A stretch of 63,132 nt of DNA, counting the filler, from Rhabdomonas costata (taxonomy: Eukaryota): assembly GCA_019059605.1 (NCBI GenBank). It is 54 parts of 54 records of this genome, joined end to end, with 100 filler letters (N's around TTAATTAATTAA, not from the genome) between each part and the next. Parts side by side here need not be neighbours in the genome. Positions count along the whole stretch, not along the records: positions 1 to 1,071 come from JAHMHO010030143.1; positions 1,172 to 2,243 come from JAHMHO010030144.1; positions 2,344 to 3,415 come from JAHMHO010030145.1; positions 3,516 to 4,587 come from JAHMHO010030146.1; positions 4,688 to 5,759 come from JAHMHO010030147.1; positions 5,860 to 6,930 come from JAHMHO010030148.1; positions 7,031 to 8,101 come from JAHMHO010030149.1; positions 8,202 to 9,272 come from JAHMHO010030150.1; 46 more parts are not named here. One strand, written 5' to 3'. Position numbers and translations under genes: made by a program. Positions 1 through 10,571 of this stretch are shown piece by piece. The notes under the pieces were generated by a model, which worked only from the letters and a program-made list of their open reading frames with translations, ran no database searches and was not told the DNA's origin. Position 1 is the stretch's first letter, and each line of letters starts with the position of its first letter.

Positions 1-3
1 TTT

Positions 4-201
4 GTGTGGTTCCAATAGGTAACCACTTAATAGTAATCCAACCTTCCAAAACGTCCTCTGGGGAGCAATGGCATTTCAAACCTAACTAAGTTTGGTGAAA
101 AGCTCCTCCAGCAGGACACTTTCCCTGAAATGATTTCTGGTTAACGCCAGTGCCGTATCCCTCTCCTATTACTATTAAGTGGTTACCTATTGGAATCACA
201 C
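4..201. repeat. Inverted repeat, 34-bp arms (4-37 / 168-201), 1 mismatch
   Basis: gtgtggttccaataggtaaccacttaatagtaat versus attactattaagtggttacctattggaatcacac. Confidence 0.95.
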
Positions 202-205
202 GAAC

Positions 206-672
206 CTGACAGTTGTTGTCCAGCTCTTGGCGAAGCTCGTCCGGGGTCAAGGGACCCTGGCGAGCCAGCGAGAGCAGAGGTGGGGTGAGAATGTCCTCCA
301 GCTTTGCCCGCGGGAGCTGGCTCGTGATCTCCTTGAGGCGCCCAGGGACATTCACCCTGAGATTCAATAGCAAGAGCTCGAGAAAGGATAAGGATGGGCT
401 CTCCGGACTCCCCCCCACCCGAACATACAAAAAAAACCAAAGGCATTACCAAAAAAAAGGCATTGCCGATACAACAGCAATATTGGGGCAAATACAGCGG
501 AAACACGAGGACACCGAGAAGTTCTGCATTTTACAAGAAGACGGAGCCTTTTGAGAGACAACAGCAACAGCAGCGGAGGGTTAAAATGCGCTAGGTGCAG
601 GCATTACTTTTCGACTATTCTGTGCAACGTCACCGCAAACGCCAGGATCTGCAACAACGTGATCGGAGCACA
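206..672 (-). CDS. Two internal exons (672-608, 356-206) of an unknown protein
   Basis: AG/GT boundaries with compatible phase give CAPITLLQILAFAVTLHRIVEK-VNVPGRLKEITSQLPRAKLEDILTPPLLSLARQGPLTPDELRQELDNNCQ; no family recognised. Confidence 0.55.
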
Positions 673-861
673 CTGCTCAGTTCAGGCACGTCCCACAAGG
701 GATGAAACCCAAATCCTGGCTGCGTCTGACTTCGGCACTAGCGGGGAAATTCGCGATCGCTTATCCCTGTCAGCTGTTACCATGGATATGGGTGTTCGGT
801 TTCGTTTCTGCTTCCTATCCTTTCTCATCAAACCTCAGAGCTTGGAATGTCAGTGTTCAGC

Positions 862-1070
862 GGTGATATCGGTTCAAAAGGAAAACAAAAAAAGAAGAAA
901 AAGAGAAAAACAATGAACCCCTCGCCCATAGTACCTGTGGTAGTGCATGGCGTGCAGGCTGGCGGCAGTGGGGCTGGGCACCCATGCACTACCACAGGTA
1001 CTATGGGCGAGGGGTTCATTGTTTTTCTCTTTTTCTTCTTTTTTTGTTTTCCTTTTGAACCGATATCACC
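862..1070. repeat. Perfect 89-bp inverted repeat (862-950 / 982-1070), 31-nt loop, at contig end
   Basis: Arms are exact reverse complements; the ORF track gives the same peptide on both strands. Confidence 0.97.
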
Positions 1071-1071
1071 C

Positions 1072-1171
1072 NNNNNNNNNNNNNNNNNNNNNNNNNNNNN
1101 NNNNNNNNNNNNNNNTTAATTAATTAANNNNNNNNNNNNNNNNNNNNNNNNNNNNNNNNNNNNNNNNNNNN
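1072..1171. other. Artificial contig linker (first of 53), N44-TTAATTAATTAA-N44
   Basis: Identical 100-nt spacer recurs about every 1170 nt; TTAATTAATTAA gives stops in all six frames; flanking sequences are unrelated. Confidence 0.99.
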
Positions 1172-1294
1172 GGGTGGTGGTTGGTAACCAGTTTTTGATA
1201 TGCGTCCGACGTGGCCTAATAATGCCAGGATAAGATTTAAACCAAAACAGTTTCTGCTGTTTCCAGTTGGTGTGCATCGAATTGTTTCGTTCAG

Positions 1295-2243
1295 AGTACT
1301 GCCCAGGAGCATGTGGGCTGGGTGTCGAGGTATCTCGAGACTCTGGAGCCGCATGTCATTGGCCGGTGTGGGCGGCAGGTTGTCGGGCGCACTGCTGCCG
1401 GGACGGATGTGCCGCTGTCGTTCTCCCTTGGGGAGAGCATATCCCCGGACGGCAGAAGGTCCTTCTGTCTTGCGGCTGAGAGCCTGGATTCTCTGTTATT
1501 GGTGGTCGAAAGCATAGAGATGTATTCGTTTGGATTTGACATCTGCAGTGAATGAGATAAAGCCTTCTCCACGTCATCGAATAATTAGCTGAAACCGCGC
1601 CCGTGAAACGTCTCACTCGTATCGTTCATTTCACTTTTCTTAAACTACCTCCTTTAATGGTTCACCTTGTTGTGTCGACGATTCTTTTTTTTCTTCGTTG
1701 ATAGGGTGTTTGCAGCGATCTTTCACGATTTGCGGCCCGAGCTGGAAGCACAGCGCAACGCTATGCTCAAAAACGGTGTGCATGCGCGCTTTGGGCTAGA
1801 GAAGTACTAAACTACTTGGTCGTATAGAGGCTTCGGATGAAAGCGGTATTAGACTGGTTGGAGGGAAGTCTTGTGGTGCTTCTGATGGTGGGCATCGACC
1901 CAGGAAAGACAACAATAGAGGACACCTCACTATTCATCGAGCAAAGACGACACACAGGTAAATTGGATGCCAGGTCATGGGCCCTGACCCATGCGAAATG
2001 AGAGTTAGGCGAAATCCTTGGTGCAGGTCCCCTTGTTCATTTATAATTTTTTCATCTTGACATTCTATGTTCACCACCATTGCCAGCCCACTCCCGCTAA
2101 CTCGGCCAGAGCCTATAAGCAAAGTTTCCTTGCTTTCCTTATTTTCCTGCAGTGGCGGAGGCCCAGCTGGAAACTCAACAGCGGTTCTCGCAGTACCTGT
2201 TCCATGTGCTGAGGAACCCCCTGAACGGGGCGATTCACGGAGT
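1295..2243 (+). CDS. PAS-domain sensor histidine kinase, partial (exons 1295-1458, 1705-1775, 2153-2243)
   Basis: Spliced in frame through GT-AG: QEHVGWVSRYLETLEPHVIGRCGRQVVGRTAAGTDVPLSFSLGE...RVFAAIFHDL (FixL-like PAS/PAC), then QRFSQYLFHVLRNPLNG (HisKA H-box). Confidence 0.88.
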
Positions 2244-3547
2244 NNNNNNNNNNNNNNNNNNNNNNNNNNNNNNNNNNNNNNNNNNNNTTAATTAATTAAN
2301 NNNNNNNNNNNNNNNNNNNNNNNNNNNNNNNNNNNNNNNNNNNGTTTTTTGGGGCCCACCTCTCAGACAGCATCCCCCTCTTCGTGGGCCTCTGGTGGTC
2401 AGCCGGGCAGCCGTTTTGTCTGTTATTTGCCCCCCACCTCTTCGCCTATTCTTCCTCAACTACGAACATGTGCATTTGACTCGCCTTCCTGTCAAAGTTG
2501 GCCCGACCTGATTTCAGAACTTAGCCTCTCCACGGCCCTGACCGAATTTGACTTCCACTCCACCCCTACACGTCCGCCCTGATTCCTCACCGACTTCGAC
2601 TGTTACTGCCGTGTGCATCCCGTGTGCATCCAACCCTCTGCTTTGTGTCGCTGCTACATTCGTATCCTTGCCTTTTCTTCTTCCTGTTTTTTTTTTGTGC
2701 TGACTCCTGCCACTGCACGAACTTTTGTAAGGTATGAAGTCATTGGTTGGTTGGTTGGCATGTAATGATGATGATGCCCAGGGGGTTCTGATTTTCTACG
2801 TTTATAGCCTCTAATCCTTTGCGAAATATGGGGAATCGCTCAGGTGTGGCCGACCCCCTCTACCCCCATACCTAAGCAAGCCAGAACCTCTCCCATATTC
2901 TCCCACATCTCCATAACGTTCCCAGGTTTTCAGAGTGCCATCCTTCACTACGCTGGTGTACTTAATCATAAGCAATGAATCCGAAACTAATTCTCCGTCT
3001 CCCACAAAAAACCACCTAAGCAAAAGCCACTGTGAAGCCAGACTTGCACCAGTGCCAGCGACATCTGCCCAAACCTATCTCAGTCTATTACCTATTAGGT
3101 GTCACCCCAAAAGTTAAGAGATAAAGAGGTAAAGAGGAAAACGAGGACGCTGAAAACAGACAGCTTGGAAGCTGGCAAGATCCCTGCAGTTGAAATCCCA
3201 CGTTCCACCACCCGTCAGGAAACGAACAAACTCTTTCGCTCAGCCTAAGAAGCTTTCTCTGTGTGTGATTGAGGGTTATGTAACGGACAAAGTAATGCAA
3301 ATCCGCATTTTCCAACACCCGAGGGAAAAGATAAGATGGGCTCTCGATGCCTCGCAGTCACTCAACTGCATAGCTCAGGTGTCAGGTGTCAGGTCTAATC
3401 GCTTGAGCTGTTGGTNNNNNNNNNNNNNNNNNNNNNNNNNNNNNNNNNNNNNNNNNNNNTTAATTAATTAANNNNNNNNNNNNNNNNNNNNNNNNNNNNN
3501 NNNNNNNNNNNNNNNGTTTGTGCATCATTCGTTTCCGACTTGCCTAG

Positions 3548-4286
3548 GATTGTGCAACGTGGTGAAAGAGCCAAAGTGTGTCTGCCACGATTCGGACGAG
3601 AACGGCCACTGGCGCTGCGTTGGCAACCCCTGTGTGTGTACCCGCTGCAAGTGGGGTTACACTGGAACCAACTGTAAGCGTTGGATCGGCATGCTCTGTT
3701 CTTTTTTCCCGCTTTTTGTTTCCTGTGAACCTTTTTGGGGGGACTGTCTGTGTACCTGAATATACCAGCGAGGACATGACAACTTGCACGTGAATCCTGA
3801 ACGCGGGGAATATTTGATGGCAAGACCCCACATTTCACCCTTGAGATCGATACAGAGATCCGAAAAGCGTGGGTAAAAGCGTGATATCGTTGTTGAACAC
3901 GATATGACATGGTCCCAAACGTGGTTCAAAATCGGGTTTCGACCCGTGGCAGCAACGAATCTCTTTTCTCTCTTTTCTCTCAACAAGTCCTTTAATTTCC
4001 ACGTTTCCCGGGATTTGGGGGACTCACCTCTGCCTCCCATTGTTGAGGTTGATTCCTGTGGCCTCGTCATGTTCTTTTTTCTTTAGGGGCGATATCATTG
4101 GCGATCTTAGCGGGGGCTTCCTTATTTTTGTTGGTAACTGGTCTTCTGGTGCGGTACCTGCGCGGTCGCGCCGACCCGGAGAGGGCCCCGATTCTGCCGT
4201 CATGCTCCGCCTCCGATCTGGCTCTCTTCCATGTGAACCTGCAAAAGCAGGAGCAGCCCGCCCTTCAGACGAAGCTGTTTTTCTGA
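3548..4286 (+). CDS. EGF/laminin-EGF-like single-pass membrane protein, C-terminal exons (3548-3673, 4087-4286)
   Basis: CVCHDSDENGHWRCVGNPCVCTRCKWGYTGTN followed by a GTAAG donor; last exon has a TM helix (AISLAILAGASLFLLVTGLLV), basic residues RYLRGR and a stop. Confidence 0.7.
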
Positions 4287-4483
4287 ACTTGTACTGTCGC
4301 TCCGCAGCAGCTCTTATGGCGCGTTTGAAGTGGGCTTACCCCACCCCACCCCTGCCCCATACAGGGAAAGCTGTGATATACTTTGCCGTTCGTTGTCGTT
4401 AATGCTTGCCGTGTGCGAAGACTGGGAGAAGAGTACTCACTGGGAGTTGGTGGTTGGGGGCGGGGTTGAGCTCGCTCCCAACC

Positions 4484-4510
4484 GAAACAGAAACAGAAAC
4501 AGAAACAGAA
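4484..4510 (+). repeat. (GAAACA)n microsatellite
   Basis: About 4.5 tandem copies. Confidence 0.9.
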
Positions 4511-4787
4511 ATCCTGACGCAATTCATACCAGGCCCCTCTCCCGGCCAGTTTTTATTAAAATGCGGGAAGTGTCTTTCACACAACCCNNNNNNNNNNNNN
4601 NNNNNNNNNNNNNNNNNNNNNNNNNNNNNNNTTAATTAATTAANNNNNNNNNNNNNNNNNNNNNNNNNNNNNNNNNNNNNNNNNNNNGGGGGTGTGGTAT
4701 GTCCCTGATTTGTGCGTGGTGTGCATTGGCTGTTGCGTGGTTGACTGTTGGTGACCACTCTGGACTGACGGGCGCACGCGTTGTTGG

Positions 4788-4910
4788 CCACGGGTGCTCG
4801 CGTGAGGTGCCTTTGGAGCGAACGGTGCCATGAGGAACCGCAACCGGCTCACCGCCGAACGTTCCACATATGGTAACCTCCCTTCTGCCCCACGGGTCCG
4901 GGCCTTTGTC
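4788..4910 (+). repeat. Dispersed repeat, second copy at 11740-11843
   Basis: Shared blocks gccacggg, agcgaacgg, ggctcaccgNcgaacgttccac and tccctt in the same order on two contigs. Confidence 0.7.
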
Positions 4911-4916
4911 GCGCAG

Positions 4917-5060
4917 CTGCTCTTTTCCAACGGCAACCTGCATTGCTCCAGTGCTGCTCGGGTCTCTGAGACTCAACACTTCTTCCTTGGGGAGCTGGGG
5001 CCTTTTCTCGCGGAAAAGTCCATTGAGCTTTTCCTTCGAATGGGTGAACCGGTAGCACCG
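4917..5060 (+). CDS. Internal exon, unknown protein
   Basis: GCAG|...|GTATCT boundaries; 48 open codons, LLFSNGNLHCSSAARVSETQHFFLGELGPFLAEKSIELFLRMGEPVAP. Confidence 0.4.
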
Positions 5061-6428
5061 GTATCTGCAGGCGTTGCCGTGCTGTGTGTGTGTGTGGGCA
5101 CATATGCTATCCTCGTTCCAGAAAAACAACAGATAACGAGACAAATGAAACGGGTACAGGGGGAGAGAGTGATGCGAGTTCAAAGCAGCCATTGGCAAGG
5201 AAATATCGGAATATCAATCAGATTTTTGCATTACGTTATTACATGTTTCATCTCAGAAAAGAAAACAATGAACCAAACGGGTGGTATAAAAAAACAAAAC
5301 TACCAGCTCCAGGCACTGTTTGATGCATTTGGTCCTCTGTGCAACACATTCTTTGTATAAGCAAACACGTCAATAAATTCCAATCTTCCAAATCCACACA
5401 CATCCGAAATATGAATTGAACGAAAGAATCATGGACCATGAACTGAACTGAAGTGATACCATGAGGGCCCATCATTGAACTCCCTCCGGGCCTTTTGTTT
5501 TTTGTCACCACGTCTGAGCCGGTAGTCAGAAGAGAGAGAGGCGATGTTCCGGCCGAGACCACACTCCCATACTCTCTATGTTCTGAAGTAATCGTTGCGG
5601 CAGCACATCCCTCCTCCCTTACCTCGGTAAGTAACCTCCAACTATCACGCTGTAGGCTGTTGCTGGTGTACCTGGTGTACCACTTAGATATGATTGCTTC
5701 GTTCTCGCCCCTTCGCTCTCACCTCTACTTGTTTCCCCAGCACCATACCAGCAAAGCACNNNNNNNNNNNNNNNNNNNNNNNNNNNNNNNNNNNNNNNNN
5801 NNNTTAATTAATTAANNNNNNNNNNNNNNNNNNNNNNNNNNNNNNNNNNNNNNNNNNNNGGGGTTTGTTTGCTCAATCGGGTTTCCCCCGCTCACTTTAA
5901 TCATTAGCTGGAATGAGCTTACCCAACAGAAGATTTACATTTATTTCCTCTCCACCGAACCTTTTTTTTACAAAGTGATTTCACCGTCCCGAAATGCTGC
6001 GGTGTGTGTGTGTGTATGCTGCAATCAGTTCGAATACTGCATGTGAGAAGTTGCAATTCCCCACTTGTCGATTTTTGCCGGACTTTGGACACCTCCTTTT
6101 TTGTCTTCCCCCACTTGCCATCAAGCACAGCACCCACAACCAACAGGATTGTCAAAAGGTTTGTGCAAAGCAAGAAAGAAACGGGTTTTGGACAGCCTTT
6201 GGTCGTCGCGTGCACGATGACGGATAGAGCTTCTTGGCGGACACGTTCGGGAATGTGTAGGGCGGACTTTGCGTCTCCCTGTTGCAAGTGTCAGAAAATA
6301 TACTGCTTCCTCGGGAGGTTTATTTAGCTACTGTGTCACAGAGCGGTGCTTGCTGCGCTTGCTTCCTCAGGCATTACTGTATCACCACAATGTCAGCTGG
6401 TGCGCAGGAAAGAGTTGGACCTGTGCAG

Positions 6429-6930
6429 GATGAACGATGCGGTGTTTGCTTGGAGCCCTTTGAGACAGGTTTTCCCATGCCGCGTCCTTGCTTCCACTGC
6501 TGTTTTGCGCATCATATAGGCATGCTATTTTCTTGCACTCCAAGGGGTAGTATTTCATGTACGCCGCACGCTCACTTCGCCCTTCACGGAGACAGCTTCA
6601 GTTCACCCAGACTGTAGCGGCTATCATCCTGTAGAGGTCGGCTGTGCCTGTACAGCGCTCTATAGACTGATATCCGATTAAGTCACCTTCGCGGTGTCAG
6701 TTACCATTGTATTCTGTTCCGTGTGGCTCCACTTTGTCCTCTTGCTGTGTGAGATGCACCGTGTTCACTTAATTTCTGTTCCCTCCAGCACCACATTTGT
6801 CTGGCATTGTGTACGACTGCGGGACCTTGCCTTGGCAACAAGCGCCGCTCCCGTGGTGTCCACAGGCTCCGAAGAGCTCGTACGTCTTCCCTGCCAGCAC
6901 GGTGTCCACCACCCCTGCCTACCACAAAAA
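6429..6930 (+). CDS. RING-H2 E3 ubiquitin ligase fragment (exons 6429-6468, 6866-6930)
   Basis: Splices to DERCGVCLEPFETGSEELVRLPCQHGVHHPCL, matching C-x2-C...LPC-x-H-x2-H-x2-C. Confidence 0.85.
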
Positions 6931-8740
6931 NNNNNNNNNNNNNNNNNNNNNNNNNNNNNNNNNNNNNNNNNNNNTTAATTAATTAANNNNNNNNNNNNNN
7001 NNNNNNNNNNNNNNNNNNNNNNNNNNNNNNGGAGGGTCAGCTGGCTTGATGGAGCGTCTGGGGGTCTCGGGCTTGACCTTGTGCCGGTGATGAACCGGAA
7101 CTTGCCCTTGATGGGCTTCCAGATCTATAGTTGCGTTGCGAGCTATTGCTGCCCGGTACCTCGAGGTTGCCTCGCTCACTCCTTGCCCTGGTGCGTCTGC
7201 GAGTACTTTGGCTTCCCGTTGGCCCTAGCATAAGGGCTCTGATTTCTTGCGATGGTCCGCTTTTGCTTCTGCGCACTAGATCCATCTCTACGCGGGTTAG
7301 TTCTAGGTGCTCCTCCCTCGGGTGCACAAAGAGACACCGTTGGAATTGCATCCTATCCCGTGCCGGCATCGCGCTCCCGGGGGCACGTGCTCGTCTTCCA
7401 CCTTTCGGCTGTGGCTTTCATGTCTCGCCCCTGTGTGTGTGTATGGATGGGTGTATCTGTGGGTGCTGGGTTCTGGTGTCATACAATCTGCCATTCTTCC
7501 AGCGTTGATCATGGGGAAGGTGCTGTGTGAATGGTTGTCTATGTTTGCCATCTTCTAGCGGCTCGTGGTTAGTGCTTCATGGTGCTTTATTCAAATTTGC
7601 GCACGCGAGGATGGGAAGAGCGGGGAGAGGTGGCAAAATAAAGGAGGGGCTCTTGCCGTAGTAATGTGAGCGAACTGCTTCTGATGAGCATGCCGAGAGC
7701 CCGCGGGGGACGACTCCCCGTCGGCGTCACCACAGAGGATGAACTCCGTCCCAGAGAAGTTGGAGCTGCAGGCAGACAAATGCGCGCACATGTAAGCGAC
7801 GTATCCAGCACTGCGACCAATGGGAGATGGCCCATCCAGGTCCTTATCAAAGTTCAATGCACAGAAGCACCCACCATAGTCCGAAAGATGTCGCGTCGGA
7901 TCTCTGCGCCCTGGAATCCTTATGAGAGCAATTGCGAGGAGAGATACATACGCCTATCCTCCCATATCCACTCTTTCAACCACCAGCCAATGGCTGTGAA
8001 ACCTCAATAAACTCTAAAGGCACCTGAGGTGAGATGCTTTGCTACTGATGGCTTCAGCCTTCGCTCTTCGCCTTAAATTTTTTTCTAGAGCCCAACAACC
8101 CNNNNNNNNNNNNNNNNNNNNNNNNNNNNNNNNNNNNNNNNNNNNTTAATTAATTAANNNNNNNNNNNNNNNNNNNNNNNNNNNNNNNNNNNNNNNNNNN
8201 NTAGCGCCATGCTTGTTGCTTTGTTGGGGTGTGCATTGGGTCTGGTTATCCTTGTCGTTGTTGTGCGGTAGGTGGGTGAGGAAGGGGAGAGGCAACCATT
8301 AACTTCTTGCAAAACCTCCGCATTGACCTAAGACCTTCCTGAGTCCGAGGGGACTGGAAATACTAATATTCATGTCTCTGGGACTGTACTCATATCAGTA
8401 TATATAGTGGTGAAACGCACAACAGAAAATGCAAAAGAGTGCGCTGTATCCTCTGTGGACATGTGGACAGTCGGGAACGCAACCCGCCCCAACCCCCTCC
8501 CTTTGAATCACAAAAAATTTTCTTCAACGTTTCGAGATGCACCAATGTCAAACCCTTGGTCAAACCATCTCACCCTTGATCAAACCAACTCAATCTATGC
8601 AAATACATACGTATTGCCTGGCCGCATATTGGGGTAATATCGGGGACTTTACAGCACCCCGTCCAGGAGGGGGGGCAGCCCAAGTAGAAGACTTTTTCGG
8701 TGCCCTTTGTCTCAGAGGAGGAGGGAGTCAGTTCCCTTAC

Positions 8741-9195
8741 GTACTAGCATGTCTTCCCCACAAAACTCTGCCGTTTTCCACCTTCACAGGCTTGCGACGG
8801 CCTTCAAAGAGAAAATGCAAAGCTGGAGGCTGTGAAGGCCGTCCAGTCTTCCACAACCCATGACTCATACTTCGCACACCCAAGGGCAAACGACTGAAGT
8901 TGCGTACCCGCATCCAATCAGAAGCTCCTCCGTCGTGCGCTCCGCTGGAAGCGGCTCTGCGGAGTCAATCTAGCGACAGAGTAAAAGAAACACAGAAAGA
9001 AACCAGCAGACCAAAAAGACCAAAAATGAAAGTTTCGGCAGCATCGACATCCAACCAACCCACCCACCCATCAGGCTACCCACCCAAAGAAAAAATGAAG
9101 TCCACCACAAACCTTTGGGGAGAAAGCCTGCGCAAGAAGGTGAAAAAAAGCGTGGCACATTCCTTAAGCGGGGCCGCAGCTTCCGGCTTGCTCAT
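8741..9195 (-). CDS. 5' exons (9195-9163, 8969-8908, 8801-8741) of a putative class I SAM-dependent methyltransferase-like protein
   Basis: MSKPEAAAPLK / IDSAEPLPAERTTEELLIGCG / RRKPVKVENGRVLWGRHAST. ELLIGCG resembles SAM motif I; strong pyrimidine tracts precede the acceptors. Needs non-canonical junctions (see findings). Confidence 0.45.
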
Positions 9196-9914
9196 TTTAC
9201 CGAAGGAGCGGAATCTCAAGCAGACAAAAGCAGCGAATAAATAGAACAAGGAGGACTGCGAAAAAACACGTANNNNNNNNNNNNNNNNNNNNNNNNNNNN
9301 NNNNNNNNNNNNNNNNTTAATTAATTAANNNNNNNNNNNNNNNNNNNNNNNNNNNNNNNNNNNNNNNNNNNNGTGTGGGGGTAAACTCTCACGAATGCGC
9401 GGAAGCAGAAGAAGAGATTTTGACACCCCCACACCCGAGCGGAGGGGTAGATGTGCATCTGCTGCTCTTGGAAAGAGCCCTGAAACAAAGAGGTAAGACG
9501 GCAGCAACACCCACAACGACAGGAACACGGATACGCACGTGTGCCACTCTGGTGGACCACAAGCCAAGGACTCACGGGCTGCAGAGACCGAAGCACGCAA
9601 GAGAGGTGAAGCGATCCCTCCCACGTGACAGAGGACAGAGAGCTCGGCACTTAGTGGAAGATGCGCAAGTCACATAAACAGGAACATGCATTAGCTTCGG
9701 ATCAGCTAACGTTCAACACACAGCCACAGATCTCAGACTTTCAAGATCTTACAAAAGGTGCTTGGGGACGCAATCTTTTTAGCTTTTATTTATGCCTCGC
9801 ATTTTTCGCAGCATCGCATGTGTGCTTTGTCGAAAATTTCAATTTCACGGTGTCGTCTGACATACTGAGCTCTATGCTTGCTCCCTCTCTCGGCGGCTGC
9901 ACAGTCTTCCCCAC

Positions 9915-10024
9915 CTGTGGCAGCGCCTTCAGCTGTGGCCGCGGGTTCTCCGCGAAGCCTTCCGCCACAATGTGCGCGAGCTCCCGCTGCCGCTCCTCGG
10001 ATTGCTGCACGGGTATGCGTTGGC
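9915..10024 (-). CDS. Internal exon, unknown protein
   Basis: GCAG|...CAG|GTGGGG; GC-rich codons, QRIPVQQSEERQRELAHIVAEGFAENPRPQLKALPQ. Confidence 0.55.
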
Positions 10025-10571
10025 CTGCGCTCTTGCTTGACCTGGTGAGTTAATGTCCTTGTGTGAGTTGTGATGGGCCCTCAAAACGGTACTTCGGTGA
10101 AAGGCCCCTCATGTCCAATTGTATCTACAGGGTGCTGGCCCACTTTGATTCGAGGGTCAATGGGATCCCCTGTTGATTTAAGTGGTGGGACAATAACGTT
10201 TAAGGTGAAAATCCTTTCATGTAAAAGTCGCTCCAGGTGTTTAAAGTGGGCGAGTGAGCCCCCCCCCCAACACGAAAAAAACGAATAAAAGATTCGAAAA
10301 CGACATCACCCCAGCTTGAGCACGGTCCCAGGAAAGCCTCCAAAGGGTTTGAAATTAGGCAAATCTCATCCACTCAGCTCCTGAACTCGTCGGTAAGCCG
10401 AGCGTTTCTCCCTTTTGCCAACAGAAAAAACACACACAACACANNNNNNNNNNNNNNNNNNNNNNNNNNNNNNNNNNNNNNNNNNNNTTAATTAATTAAN
10501 NNNNNNNNNNNNNNNNNNNNNNNNNNNNNNNNNNNNNNNNNNNTGTGTTTGTGTGCGTCGGGCACGCTTTA

